Below the pieces are notes generated by a model that was not told the DNA's origin, did not search any database, and saw only the letters and a list, made by a program, of their open reading frames with translations. The translations under genes were made by a program, and so were the position numbers. From Curvularia clavata (lineage: Eukaryota), in the NCBI GenBank assembly GCA_023920165.1, contig CP089276.1, positions 682,001 to 746,000 of the forward strand: a DNA stretch of 64,000 nucleotides, read 5' to 3'. Positions 1 through 13,898 of the stretch are shown here, piece by piece. Within the stretch, counting starts at the first letter, position 1; each line of letters begins with the position of its first letter.

Positions 1-3000
1 CCCGCGCTCCAACACGCCTGGCGGCCACTCCAAGAAGCCCTCGTCCTCGTCCAACCACAATGGCCAGCCTCGCGACCGCGAGCAGCGCCCCAGCAGAGAA
101 GGAACCGCGCAGAAGGCTGCCCAAGACGTCGCAGGTCTCAAGGACTACCAGCTCGGCGACTGCTTGGGAAAAGGCGCCTTTGGCAGCGTCTACCGCGCCC
201 TCAATTGGGGCACCGGCGAGACGGTTGCCATCAAGCAGGTCCGCCTCGAGAACCTGGGCGCCGCAGATCTCAAGAACATGGAGATGGAGATCGACCTGCT
301 CAAGAACCTGAACCACCCCAACATTGTCAAGTACCACGGCTTCGTGAGGAGCTCAGAGAGCCTGTATATCATTCTAGAGTGAGCTTCGCCTGCCCGGCGC
401 ATTCGTCGCCTGGAATTGGACCAACTGCTAACCTGCTCAGGTACTGCGAAAATGGATCCTTGCACAGCATCTGCAAGAACTTTGGAAAATTCCCCGAGAA
501 CCTCGTCGCCTTGTACATGTCTCAGGTCCTGCATGGACTCCTCTATCTACACGAGCAGGGTGTTATACACCGCGATATCAAGGGTGCAAATATCTTGACT
601 ACCAAGGAGGGCTTGGTCAAACTGGCAGACTTTGGCGTCGCGACAAAGCAGTCAGGCCTCGACCAGTCGAGTGTCGTGGGCACGCCCTACTGGATGGCTC
701 CAGAAGTCATTGAGCTCTCCGGCGCCACCACCTCATCAGACATATGGAGCTTGGGATGTACCGTCATTGAGCTGATAGAGGGAAAGCCGCCGTACCATAA
801 GCTGCAACCCATGCAGGCCCTGTTCAGGATAGTCAACGACGAGCATCCGCCAATTCCTGGCAGTGCTTCCCCGGTCAGTCGATCCCTTCCAGACCCTGCT
901 ACTCTGAAACGCGTATACTAATCCTTGCAGCTTCTGCGTGAGTTTCTCATGGAGTGTTTCCAAAAGAACCCCACACTTCGTATTTCTGCGAAGCGCCTCC
1001 TCAAGCACCCGTGGATTCTCAGTGCCAAGCGCACTGTTCCTGCGGTCCCCACAAAGCCGACCGAATATCAAGAAGCTGTCAAGTCTGTACAGGAGTGGAA
1101 TGAAGCTTTGAAATCACCCAATTCTCTGCGGAGGACTCCCCGTCTTGGTACCGGTGCGCAACGGTCCTCTCCTGCAGCAGCCAACGGCCCCGGTGCCGCG
1201 TCCCGTAGGGCAGCAGTAAATGTGAACCTCAACATGTCCAAGAATAGACCTACCGCAGAGTCGTTCCGTTCTCCCGACTTGGATCATGATGACAACTGGG
1301 ACAAGGATTTTGCCGAAAGCATATCTCCTCGTGCTCTGCAGATGCCCCATCTCAAACCCCAGGACCACTTTGGTGGTCTCTTCTCAGGTGACAGGCTGAA
1401 AGCATTTGCCAGTTTTGAGTCAGTCACAGAAACAGCCGAGTATGGGGACGGAGAAGCTACCGTCAAGAGCCCGAAGAGCATGCAACAGAACCAGGGTGTT
1501 CCAAAGGCTTCTGGTCAGAGATCAAACGAAAGGGCAAACAGGCCAAGTAGCAAATCTGCAAGCACTGGTCGATCTTCACGATCTGCCTCAAGCGCTACTG
1601 ATTCAGAGTATGAGGACAGGTACGACATACAACCAAGAACAGCTTTCCTTCGAGCAACACCTAGGGCTTCGCAACCTCTGAGACCGAGAAGCGCTGCCCC
1701 GGCGCGTCCTAGCCAGCTATTCCGTGAAGACACGATTGAGGACTACTCGGATCTCATGCCAGCGGACGAGAGCGCTTTTGCACGCAAATTGGCGTCCATG
1801 CAGTACGCTCAACCACCAGCCATGCAGCCTAAGCAAATGGGTGCTAGCAACAACTCGACATCTGATAACTTTTCTCCTCGTCTTTTCCATCCAAGTGACC
1901 TAAAAGGAGGACCCAAGTCCGCAAGAGATATAAAGTCAAGTGGAAACATCCATCAGCGATCAACAAGCTCAACATCGAATCGCAGGCTACACAGGACGCA
2001 ATCTGAAATTGAGATCCAAAAGTATGCTGAGGATGAAGGCGACGACTTTTCAGATGTTTTCGGCGACATTAAGGGCCGTCTAGCTAACCCCGGTCGAGCT
2101 GAAAGTGACAGCGGAAGTGAACATAGTAGTCTTGCCATGATTACATCAAAGATGGCAAGCTCGTTCACCATTGCCGACGAAGATGATCTTGACCCTTTCG
2201 CGAATCTTGATGAGGGTTTGGACAACATCAACCTGGAGAACAATGTTGCGCGAGACCGAGACGATCGCCTGACGAAGATGACAGAAGGCCTTGTTGGCTG
2301 CTTGAAGACCAGTCAGCCGGACGACGAGCTACTCGAAATTGCAGATCAGCTACTACAAGTACTACACGAGTCGCCGGACAAACGCTCAATCATTCTGCGA
2401 AGCCATGGAATGCTACCCATTCTGGAGATTCTCGGAACCAGACCGCACAACGAAGTCGTCCTGCCCCTTCTAAAGATTATCAACCTCATCATCCTGGAAG
2501 ATGCGGAGTCGCAAGAGAGCCTATCGTTCCTTGGAGGAATTCCGACTATCTGCTACTTTGCCTCCAAGAAATTCCCAAGCGACATCCGGAAAGAAGCCGC
2601 TGCGTTCGTGCGGCAGATGTACCAGACAAGTACACTGACGCTTCAGATGTTCATTGGATGCGGTGGCATCAACGTGCTTGTCGAGTTCCTGGAAGAGGAC
2701 ATCGATGCTGAGCGCGATCTGGTGCTCATTGGGGTCAATGGCGTGTTTGGAGTGTTTGAATTACAGGGCCCCACACCGAAGAACGACTTTTGTCGTATAT
2801 TTTCAAGATCCAGTGTGCTGTATCCCCTCAGCTTGGTTTTGAATCGCATGGTCGAGGAAGATGGCGAGGTTGCGAGACTTATTGTGGGTAGGATTGTTCA
2901 GATTTTCCTCATCTTTTCACAGGCAGAGAGCCATGTGAAGGATCTTGTGGCCGACCGGATGATTCTAAAGCGTAAGTCACCTTGATCAGGTCATTCGGAG

Positions 3001-4718
3001 ACGATGCTAATAATACATAGGTGTTCTCAAAGACCTTCGCAAAATGGCTCCACCGCACCAGATCACCATGCTCAAGTTCATCAAAAATCTTAGCTCACTC
3101 TCTTCCACACATGAAGCTCTTCAAAACTCCAATGCAATCGATATTCTCATCGACCTACTCAAATCGACTCGGCAAAAGGACGCAATGAGCCGCAGCCAAA
3201 GCCGGTCTTCATCCGATCCGAAACGCCCACAACCTTTCGCCCGTGAGATTTCGAACCAGATTCTCAACACAATGTACAACTTGTGTCGACACAACAAAAG
3301 CAGGCAGGAGGAGGCTGCGTTGTCAGATATCATTCCCCTTCTCAAGGACGTTGTGCGTGAGGGTGGGCCGCTCAAGGAGTTTGCCCTGCCTGTGCTGCTG
3401 GAGATGGTTAACTCTGGAAAAGTGGCCCGCAAGATGCTGTGGGATGCAAAGGGCCTTGCGTTCTACGTATCGCTGTTGGGTGACCGCAATTGGGCGGTAA
3501 CTGCCTTGGATGCCATATTCGTCTGGTACGTCTCCGACATTCCACTCACTACCTTCGTATAACATGCTAACATCGATATGTAGGCTACAGGAAGAGACAG
3601 CTCGTGTCGAGCAATATCTTCTATCCCCACAATCCAACTTCACAGTCGCTGTCATCTCCGCCTACACGTCCGCGGACCTGCCGCAATCCACTTTTGAGAA
3701 CATGCTCGAACCCTTGCAAAAGGTCGTCCGTTTGTCGCCGCCTATTGCTGCCTCGCTCGCAGTGCCTGAGATCTTCAGCCGAACTGAGCAGAAGCTTGGG
3801 CATAAGGATGCTGTAACGCGTCTGAACTTCCTTCGCATTCTGCGCACGATATGCGATGCAAAGGACGAAGGGTGCTGGCTTGTGCGCGCCTTTGGCTGTT
3901 ATGAGCGCATTACCTGGCTCATGGAACACGATTCCGCTGTGTTAGTACGACAAATGGCTGAAGAACTTGTTCGAGCTTGCGATGAAGTAGAACTTTCGGG
4001 CATAAATAAGGGTTCTAACGGAAAGCGAAGCATCAGTCGCGCTTCTGCAGCAGGTCTCAACCTACGACGTCCTGCTTCCTCGGCTGGTCGACGTGATGGC
4101 TCAGGCTCAAGCACAGGCTCTACCTTGATTGGAAGCGGTATGGGCTTGACACCACCTACGCCTAATTCTCTCAAGAACACATTCATGCTGCCGCCCATGA
4201 GTGGTACCCCTACGTCACTGGGCAGCGGTCGCGACCGCATCACACGCTCGCAATCATCGGCAGGAATGTGGGATCTCGCAGAAGACCCCACCACTGTCCT
4301 CCCTCCCTCATCAGCTCGTTCGAAACCACCCGCGCTAGCACGCAGCTCAACCTCCTTTGCCGCCCTCCAAGGTAACACAGGTACCCCAACAGCAGCTCGC
4401 ACACCATCTCGCCCACCCTCTCGCGACGCAGCCTCTTCGCTCGCTCGTATAGAAGCCAACAATGCCAACAATCCGAATGCAAAATCAAACTCCCGCCTCC
4501 CCAAAGCCCGCCAGGATCGTCTCAGCGAAGCAGTTATCAGGCGTCGGCAGAGTACTGTTGGCGAGAACGACGCCCCAACGAATGGTACGCATGGTACACC
4601 AACGCCACCACCAAGGAGTACTGCGCCACCTCTCCCTCGACTTCAGATCGTACGACGCAGGCGAGAAACTAGCGGTGGAGAGATGAGCACTCCTAGTCGC
4701 AAAGGTACTGCGGATTAG
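1..4718 (+). CDS. sepH: Septation initiation network Ser/Thr kinase, SepH/Cdc7/Cdc15 family (5' end lies upstream of the window)
   Basis: Kinase motifs [37 protein letters not shown], then a low-complexity linker and an ARM-like helical region. GT-AG introns at 379-440, 874-930, 2972-3020 and 3526-3583 join the ORFs in frame; stop at 4718. Confidence 0.93.
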
Positions 4719-5645
4719 AAGGCCGTTGTCGCTGGTGTCGAGCTTCCAGCAGGTGATTACGGATACTTGACGCAGGTGAGGAGACGAAGGGGATGGACGG
4801 GCGTGTAATGGTCCAAGGTGGTCTGCGCTTTCGTTCTGGTTATCCCTTCCAGAACCACAGTTTCTCTCCTTTTCTTTGTATCTTTTTTCTTTCCCCTTTC
4901 CTTCTGTTCAAACATGCATAACGGCGCCCGGCGTTTTTCCAGGCGCTGCCTCAGGCAAGCAAAATTGTGGGGAATTTCTTGCACATTGGGGTGGCATTTT
5001 CACGTACTGGGATCACAGGCGGCTGGGCAAAGCATTGATATAGACGTCTTGCAGGCCTTTTCTTTCCTATGTCTCGCATAGCCTAGGCGTTTTTTCTTTT
5101 CTGGATTGATTGACGGGGTTGCTTTGTGGAGAAGGAAGAGCGAGAAGTGAAATTATCCTCATTTCTTGTCTCTCTCTGTTTGTTCGTTTCTGATAGAGCA
5201 TTGGGTTTTGCAGGAGCAATGTGTGTGCTTCTATTCTGGTATGGTCTGTTGCTGTACTGCTAGCTATGCTAACGTGCAATTGAATGAAGATTGAAATAAG
5301 GCAGTTATGTGTGTAGCAGATACAAAGATGAAGTCATCCAAGCACTATCATAAGGTTGTTTCGTTTTTGTTTTGCCTCTCGGTCTGTCATCAACATCTAC
5401 GCGGCCCCTTTGTAAACAAGTCAAATTGAGGAAACGACTAATAGAAATCCACACTTTCAACTTATGTTCATGAATTCAGTGCCAAAGGAACAAAGCATAG
5501 CATTACTACATATATGATGCTACATCCATTATCTCATTTCAGATTCGTAAACAAAGTCCGCCCATATACTACATCCATCCGAGCAAACTTCCCCACCATA
5601 ATCCTTTTTAATCTTTTTCTACATAACCAGTTATTCATTAACACA

Positions 5646-6485
5646 TTACAACATAACCAGGCCCGCAACAGCAACAACTACAGCCGCTCCCGCTCCCGCA
5701 ACCTTCGCCGCACCGCCCGTAAACGTTGGCAGCGGCGAACTAGCCGTAGTCGCATTAGGAGATTTGGACGGCGTCGCAGCAGACGACTTTGATGCACTAG
5801 GGACCACAGGGACAACGGGAGTCTCGCTGGGCACACTCTTTGACGAAGCCACGCTCTTTGACGAAGGCGAAGGCACCGCCGGCGACGACGACGCCACCTG
5901 GGTTGCGCTCTCGACGGGCGTGGGCTTCGCTGAGGGGACAACTGCAGATGGGCTAGGGGCAGAGCCGGTTGCTGAAGCGGGGGAGTCGGGGATCAGAGTT
6001 ACGTCTACGCCGAAGGCTTTGGCGCACTCTGCGGCGTTTAGGTTCTCGGGACAGCAGTAGGTTTGGCCTGCGCCGTCGTTTGTGCAGTAGTCGCCTGCGC
6101 CGCAGGAGTCTGGGTTGTGTGGGTTAGTTGTGTGGCTTTGTTTACTCGAGGAGTGAATAACAAGGAAGGAGGAGAGGCAGAGGAGGATTCATGCAAACGT
6201 ACTTCCAGTGCCATCTGTGCAGCAGTGGCTTCCGTCGGTAGTCAGGTGGCAGCTTAGCATCGAGTTATCGTTTGAAGGACACTCTGCCGTGTCAGCGCCG
6301 CAGACCTCGGCACAGGTGTTGCCGTCGCCGTTGCAGAGGGTGCTGATGGGGTAGTAGCCTTGTCGTTTGGACATGGCGTTGCCGCGAGGGAGCATGGCGC
6401 CATAGGAGCGAGGGGTGCTCAGTGTGCCTTGAAGGGCGAGGACTGAGGTGCTCAGGAGAGCGAGAGTAACGAGTGGTGCGTGCAT
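5646..6485 (-). CDS. Secreted, probably GPI-anchored cell-wall protein with a Cys-rich N-terminal domain and Ser/Pro-rich stalk (resembles Prp4/CRoW-type proteins)
   Basis: Signal peptide MHAPLVTLALLSTSVLA, KR site, Cys-rich domain (…HCCTDGTGNSCGAGDYC…YCCPE…C), intron 6110-6202, S/P/T-rich region and hydrophobic tail FTGGAAKVAGAGAAVVVAVAGLVML*. Confidence 0.8.
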
Positions 6486-7547
6486 GGTGATGAAAGGTAG
6501 CGACGGACTACTGTAGAGTGAATGAAGATGCAGAAAGCAGTGGGTTCGAGCTGTCTCTTCTGTGCGAGGTTGGAGCGAGACGAAAGACGAAAGACGTCTC
6601 TTATATCTAGACTCTATTCAGCCCCGCGGGCTCGAAGAAAGATCTCGACTTCCAGGCCGCCTCTTCAGCCTTCAGCCATTTTTTTTTCCTATACCACCGT
6701 ACACCGCATTACCCCATACCTGACCCCATTTCTTGCAACAAGCATCATGACCGGTCCTTTGCTTATCGGTAGCTTAATCTGAATGCAACCAATCCACGAG
6801 CTAGATTCTACAACGCCAACTCTTCTCATTCGCTTATTGACGCCTTTCTTAGAGAAGCATTTACTACGAACTGCAAGGGAGGCAAGGCTGAGTACCTCGC
6901 GGGCCCGTATATCGCTTTCGGCACGCCTTGGCATTTCAGTGATTTCAAGCCTTGCAGGTCTTGGCTCGAGGAGATTGCCCAATCGATGGGGATGGTGGCT
7001 GCCGCCTCCGTTGACTTAAGAGGTGTTGTTCCTGCATGTGGGGAAGAATCCAGAGCTAAATTTGTAAGAGCTGAAGTGTGTTGCTGGCTAGTCGGGGAAT
7101 GTCACTTGGTGCACCTGATTGAATGCATGGCGGGTGGGTCCAGGGTCTGGTGCCTGCATGGACTTAAAGTCTATAGCAGCGGGGTTGCAGGATTTGTTTG
7201 GAGAGGGAGTGTCCTATGCGAGCAAGATGTACAAGGTATGTCGTTTGAACCTCTACAGATCTGCTGCTGACGCATGTCTTGTCGAGATGCTCAGCCGAAC
7301 AGAGTTAACGAGACGAGCAGTATTGGTGTTCTAGCCCCCAACAGCCACATTTCACCATCACACCGCAGCTAGTCCGTCTCTGTGTTAGCGTGCTGGCCGT
7401 AGCGGTCAAGCTGAGCAGCTTTCCATGTGCTGTGGTCCTGCCATTCCGCTGCGCCTCCACTTTTCGCCAGACTATTGATGCGAATGCTGCTTGCGATGCA
7501 CCGTACAGCCCTCAGGAACAACTAAACAGTTGTGCTGGTCGAACCGC

Positions 7548-9653
7548 ATGCCTTTGCCAAAGTGCCTCAGGGGCCCCGTGCGCCGGGCCTCCACGCGCCA
7601 ATCGCAACGGAACAAATGTCGCATGTGTAATCATCTCGATCCGAGAGGCCATACCAGCTCGGTGTATGCGAACGAAGACGTCAAAGAGCCTCGTGCGAGC
7701 CTCAGCCTGGTGCTTGATGCTTTGAGTTTAGCAAAGGTGAAAGAAAGTGGATGTAGATTCTGCCTTGTCTTAGCCCTTGTTCTAGATGCTTTTTTTCCTA
7801 AATGGAGAGGCGCAAGAGTCAGAGTCAATGTCGACATAAAAGAGAAGGGCACAATCAAGGTCACGTTAAGCGGGGAACGTTGGAAGGATGAGATTGCCGA
7901 AATCTACGCCGCCCCAGGTAGGCAACTTTTCCCCGTGGCCAAGTTAGTCCTTTTTTGAAGCAGTGAGCTGGATGGTTTAGCCTCTGGATGAACAAGGAAA
8001 AGGCTATTATGTTCGCACATGGCGTCTATCTAACAACTTGCAGCGTCACGGCCACCATGGCCTACCTTGGGCTCTGCGCATCACATCCCAACCAACTCGG
8101 GATCGGATGACACATTCAACTTCATTCGGCGCTGCATACAAGGTTGCATTGGCAACCCAAAGCACACAGCCTGCAAATTTCCGTGTCCATCCAATTTCGC
8201 GCCTCCTAAGCGTCTTCTCGACGTAGGGAAAAGCTCATCACCTGTTAGACTTGTGGACACGCAAGACAAAAACTTTCAGTATGCTGCGCTTTCGCACTGC
8301 TGGGGATCATCCCCGCCGCTCATTGCAACCAAAGGGAACTGGGCCAAGATGAGCGTCAACATCCCTTTCGATTCTTTTCCTCCTTTATTTCAGGATGCGA
8401 TCATCATTACTCGCCAGCTCGGCTTACGCTATTTATGGGTTGACAGTCTCTGTATCATTCAAGATTCAATCCGAGACTGGGAAACTGAGTCGGCAAAGAT
8501 GGGCAGCATCTACCAGAACAGCTACGTCACGATAGCTGCGACACAGTCAGATAACAGTAGTACAAGATGCCTGGTTGAGAGGCGGAAGCCTGTTAAGATA
8601 TTATACCGCAACACCAGCGGAAAAGAAACCGCACTCAGAGCAAGGAAGATTTTAGATCACCATCCCAGCCACGCGCCGGGTGGAGGTCCTGCAAAACCAG
8701 TCGGTCCACTCACATCACGTGCTTGGGCGCTTCAAGAGCATGTTCTGAGTACGAGGATACTGCACTACACCGCAACAGAACTTTTGTTCGAGTGCAAAAC
8801 ATCATATCGTTGCGAGTGCATGCCAGAACGCAGGTCCTATCCTACAACCCCCGCGTTGATACCGAAAGCCGTTTCAAGCAAGAAAGTAGATGCTGTATGG
8901 CAGGCGTGGCAACGTATCATCGAGCACTATACGGCACGCCAGCTCACAGTGGGCACCGACAAACTCCCTGCGATCTCGGGTATCGCAAACAAAATCAGAA
9001 AAGCAACACACTCGGACTATCTCGCGGGCTTATGGAAATCCAACCTAGCTTCCGATCTGCTATGGCACGTGGACCAGTCAAACCTTCCTCACTCTGATGC
9101 CTTTGCACTAGAAAACTGGCGTGCGCCTTCTTTCTCTTGGGCAAGCTTGAATGCGCCCATCACTTACACGGTGTTAGACGAGGAGGAGCGCGAAATGTTC
9201 CAACCCACCATCGCCATTCTCAACTGCAAGATTACGCCTGTTGGGCTGAACCCGCTAGGTGCCATCTCGAGCGGATCCGTAAAGCTACGTGGCCCAGCTA
9301 TCTCCTGCACATTGTCTGCGAACCGAAATCACGGGGCCTGGGAGTATGATCTTGCGATCAAAGGAACAAGTACCATACGCATGTTACACGACTGCTTACT
9401 CACTGAAGTTGAGTTTGAAAATGATCGAGGAGAAAAACAACGAACAGCTCGTCGCGCACTAGCTTCTGATACCATATGTCGATTTGACACAAAGGCATTG
9501 TGTTTGGGTGTCGCCCGGTACGACAATGTTGTCGCGGGTCTAGTGCTGGGAGTATCGGCTCAACATCATCCAGCATGGGAGCGACTAGGGACTTTCGCAG
9601 CAGGTACCGAGGCAATTGAAAGGAGCAAAGAGATGGAACTAGTTCTTGTTTAA
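7548..9653 (+). CDS. HET-domain (heterokaryon incompatibility, PF06985-type) protein
   Basis: YAALSHCWG, DAIIITRQLGLRYLWVDSLCIIQD, WETESAKMGSIY and RAWALQE motifs; N-terminal CxxC…CxxC exon. Intron 7918-8043 joins it in frame to ORF 8067-9653. Confidence 0.9.
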
Positions 9654-11837
9654 TGCGGATCAACCCCAAGAGTTCAGTTGTATACCCGCGGATGTGGTAC
9701 TTGGGTTTCAGTGACATCATGTATTCTAGCGTTCCGTACTTTGCCGTCCTATTACACTTGCGACATCATTAGAGAAATGATGATTGACCTGTTTGGTATC
9801 ATTGATAGGCAGAATCTTGTAGTACTAAGAAGATTTACATTCTCGATAGTACGGCTGCATCTGAACTTGTCAAGCTTGAATATGCGACTATTCTTTCCAT
9901 CCTCGTGATATGCACACTTTGCAATATTGGAGGGTATCTCCGGTTGGGCAATTCCTACGAATAAGGCTCTGGTAAATGCCGAAAAGGGAAAAGCGACACA
10001 CCCATCGGAACCTCACACCACCATGTTAGAACGATGGGGAGTGAACGTGAGATTTTCCACCCCACTCGCCCTTGTAGTTTAATTGAATGTACCGCACCAC
10101 TGGTTTGCTGTCACGGCAATCATTTCCAGTGATGTCAGATGCTATCAATTGACTAAAACCGCTAGCTTTACAGCCGTCAATCAAGTAAACAGATTCATCA
10201 CTCGGGAATCATAGTCTGGGCCACACCTCAACGAGGGTGTTCGCTGATCGATCCATAATGGCTGATGTTCTCCATCAGGCTGGCAGCCCAAAGCTCAATT
10301 ATGACGCTCCCATTAAGTTCGCAGCAGGCACGGGCTAATAAGATTCAAGGGCCTTGCACACCGGTAGCCCGGGTTTTCAGCCCTGTGGCTTATCCTGTGA
10401 TTATTTGGTTTCCGGGATGCTCGAAAGACCATAGCGGCTGGGATCGGGGGTTATGGCTGACGCGTCTCGGTGACACACTTCGCCCTTGCGCCCTCATGTC
10501 TTCGAGACAGTGGGATTGGAGAGCCTGAGCAGCACAGAGTTTAAATCAAGCTTACCTATCTTGTGTCTGGCAGTCAGCAACGTCAGAAACAACGCCCTCT
10601 TTACTCCCGCCCATATGATGGCAACAAATACCGATCTCAAGCGATGCTGTGCACGACAGGAGAATGCAAGCTTGTGCTCGCACCCCCATCGAGTAAAGTT
10701 GCGACCAACGTCTTAGCACGATGGGGATAGCGGCATACTATAATTACCCAATATGGCCTGGCTGGCGTTAAGGAAACGGCTTGTGGAGAGCAAAACTCTC
10801 CTGCAATCGGTATCTCATACGTTAGTTGGTCTCGCACCCACAGCAAGTCTGTGCTTCTTCCTGTTGCTCCCAGCACGTCTCCTCTCGCTCGACTCGTCAG
10901 CCCCGTCTAGATTGCACCGCCGCCATGGTCCTCTTTTTTGCTTTCCCCCCTTTGGTACCAATAGGCCATGTGCGATCCTTGATTCGATGTGCCAAGGGCC
11001 ATAATTACCGCCCAGAGCCAGGCGCTTCCCGTTCTTAGCGGCTTGACTCGCAGGCCAATAGAAATCCAGATCTTATGAAGTTGCATTATTATAGCTTTCG
11101 GCAACAAGTCTGGGTCTTACTTTGAGAACTGCTTTTGTTCTCTAGAGTTCGATGAATGGATAATGCGCTTTCACAGGATAAAGGGTGGAGGCTGGTGGAG
11201 ATCAGAGATGTGAATTCAAGGTCACGGGGATTGTTCGGTTTCAGGAGTCCGAGGAGTCAGGGGGGGCCAGGAAGCTTGTGTGCGCTGTTTCAATACTCGG
11301 ATGACGTCTAGTTCTCCATGATCTCAATAGTGAATACACGGTAAGTTTTCCTGGTGTATTGGTCTTGTTATTCTAGATGATGTCGTGCATACTGTCCTCC
11401 TATGATAGCCAGGTACTAGCGCCGCCGATCTCCGGCTAGCGTGGCCTTGGGCGAAACAGTTCGAAACGCCCGCAACTGCGCTTGTCCTGCCACGGTCCGC
11501 GCCTTTAAACACTCCATAGCCTGTAGCACGCAAATAGAGCAGTAAACGGACCTAGCTTCCCCGGGAGGATCGTTGATTCATGTTAGTCTCCGAGATGATT
11601 TGCTTTTGGCGCCGTTTGTTAAGCGGATGGCCTGAGACCCCAGTGCAAATGGCCTGTTTCGTGGACCAGCTGTTTATATAGGAGGATGGCCTTCCACGAG
11701 CGTGGTCCTCCACCGCCTACACGAACAAGTTTTGGGACATTTGTTCGGCTTATTCATAGCTTCTTTGTTTTTGACCTGTGTTCGCTGGTCGTTCGTTCTT
11801 TTCGTCACTCGTTTAACATCCACTCTTTTCTCGCACC

Positions 11838-13898
11838 ATGTTGCACTCAGTTTTCCTTCTTTCTCTGCTTACGAGCACCGCCTTCGCCCAGCTTTGCGAG
11901 AGCAACTTGAAGACTTATGTTGGGAGCCTAGCGCTTCCTACTACTTTCTCTCCTGTCAAAACTGCAGGGCTGACCGGACTACCGCACCACCACCGCACGC
12001 CATTCGCCGTCTCGCCGGATGGAAAATCAGCATATCTTGCATACCTCGACGCATCAGAGATCGGCGTTTATGTTCAAAAGGTTGATCCTGTTACCTTCAA
12101 GGCCGTGGGGAAAGCCGTGAAAGTGCATTGCGGAAGGGAAGCTGGTGGCCTCGTCGCTCACAATGATGGATTCGCCCTTCTTACTAACGAACCAATGCCT
12201 CAGGGCACACCCAACGCACCTCCTAAGAATACTCCTGTAGCTGTACTGTACCGTTACACTGGCGACAAGCAAACCTTCAAGACCTTCCTCAGTGGCCCGG
12301 GCAACATCGCCGAGGCAGGCGCACTGTGTTCTCCGCAGCTGAACGGTGACCTTGCGTATTCCGAGGACACTGGCATGTATGGAGCCTACTTTGTCGTCTC
12401 CGGATACGATGGCCCCGCAAAGGGATATTCTGGAGATTCTCTTCAATACGTTAGCCAGAACGGCACCCTCGAACGCATCGCGGGTGCAACTTCAAGCTGG
12501 GGCTGCTCCCTGAACACTGGTATTGCGCTCGAGGCCTCTGGCTCAGCGCCTTTTGCCAGCGTTTGCGCAGATAATCAAGGTGGAATCTGGCTCAACACCG
12601 GTGGTACTGGTATGGAAAAGACTGGTACCAAGATCTCCAACGAGTATGCTCGCAAGGGTGCTCTGAATGAGCCCATGGGAGGCATTTCTGGTTCTTACAG
12701 CAGCCTTGCACGCTTCATCAACAAGGACTCCTATATCTTCACCTGGGTATCTCGAGGTGCCAAAGACTTGACTGTGAACAGTGACTTGGGCGAGGGTTAC
12801 ACAACTTCCAAGGCCCGAACCCAGAACCGTAATGTCGCTATCGCTACCTTTTCGGATAAGAAGACCCTAAATGGCAAGCCAGCCACCGGCCAGCCTGGAG
12901 CCAATGGTGACTCGCAAGTGAACTGGATCACAACCGGCTCTGCTGACTGCCACAATGCCCACGTTGCCCCTTTCGATGGCAGCAATGCACTTGTCACGTG
13001 GGAGGAGATTGCTAAACCAACCTGCGAGTTGCCAGCTGGAGGCTGCCAGGGCAAATTCACAGGTACTTACTTCCAGCTCGTCAAGGACGGTAAGAAGGTT
13101 GGCAAGCCGGTCAAGTCCACGAATGTGTATGTTTCTGGAGACATGGTCACGATGTCTGATGGCCGTGTATGCTGGCCTTATGTCGACATGAACTGGACCC
13201 TCGATGGCCCCGTTCTCCAACCCAAGATGTGCAACTCCATCAGCTTTGCATGCATGGGACTTGGCCAAACCGGACAGACTGCACCCCCTAAGTCCTCCTC
13301 GCCATCCAAACCATCGTCGCCTCCTATGGTCTCTTCCCCATCGAAGCCTTCTTCGCCATCAACACCTTCCTCACCTTCTAAGCCCTCCACTCCCGCCAAG
13401 GCCTCCACACCACCCGTATACTCCGCCCCTCCTGCTTCAACTCCCGCGAAAACCGCCCCATCTGCACCAGTCCTCACCGCTGCCCCGCCGCCGCCCGACA
13501 CATCTTTCGCGCTGTTCAACCCCGTCAGCACCCCCGTTGGCGGCGGTGGCTACAACCCTTACGAGTCCGTCTACGTCCCCGCCTCGCTCTCTTTCAACCC
13601 CATCCTAGCCCCAGCCTTCACGAATGTCTTCCCTGGTCTCCCCGGCGAATTCACAGCTGGCCCCGTCTTTCCACCTGTGCAGACACGCTTCCCACACAAG
13701 ACGCCTACTTCTACCCCTGCAGCGCCTACCGGACCAAGCGTCCCTTGCTCTAACAATGGCGGTAGTGGAGCGTATGGTGGAGCGCCAGCGTACGGCAATG
13801 GGGGCAACTCCCCTTGCACGCTTGAGACGAGGGTCAGGCCCTCGCCTACGGCACCTGCGTATGGTGGATCTGGATATGGATCTGGATCTGGGTATTAG
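11838..13898 (+). CDS. Secreted uncharacterised protein, 686 aa: a ~470-aa globular, beta-rich domain plus a Pro/Ser-rich tail ending in Gly/Tyr repeats
   Basis: Intronless ORF, signal peptide MLHSVFLLSLLTSTAFA, several Cys, SSPSKP repeats, terminal GYGSGSGY; TATA-like tttatatagg near 11673. Confidence 0.8.
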   Translation: MLHSVFLLSLLTSTAFAQLCESNLKTYVGSLALPTTFSPVKTAGLTGLPHHHRTPFAVSPDGKSAYLAYLDASEIGVYVQKVDPVTFKAVGKAVKVHCGREAGGLVAHNDGFALLTNEPMPQGTPNAPPKNTPVAVLYRYTGDKQTFKTFLSGPGNIAEAGALCSPQLNGDLAYSEDTGMYGAYFVVSGYDGPAKGYSGDSLQYVSQNGTLERIAGATSSWGCSLNTGIALEASGSAPFASVCADNQGGIWLNTGGTGMEKTGTKISNEYARKGALNEPMGGISGSYSSLARFINKDSYIFTWVSRGAKDLTVNSDLGEGYTTSKARTQNRNVAIATFSDKKTLNGKPATGQPGANGDSQVNWITTGSADCHNAHVAPFDGSNALVTWEEIAKPTCELPAGGCQGKFTGTYFQLVKDGKKVGKPVKSTNVYVSGDMVTMSDGRVCWPYVDMNWTLDGPVLQPKMCNSISFACMGLGQTGQTAPPKSSSPSKPSSPPMVSSPSKPSSPSTPSSPSKPSTPAKASTPPVYSAPPASTPAKTAPSAPVLTAAPPPPDTSFALFNPVSTPVGGGGYNPYESVYVPASLSFNPILAPAFTNVFPGLPGEFTAGPVFPPVQTRFPHKTPTSTPAAPTGPSVPCSNNGGSGAYGGAPAYGNGGNSPCTLETRVRPSPTAPAYGGSGYGSGSGY

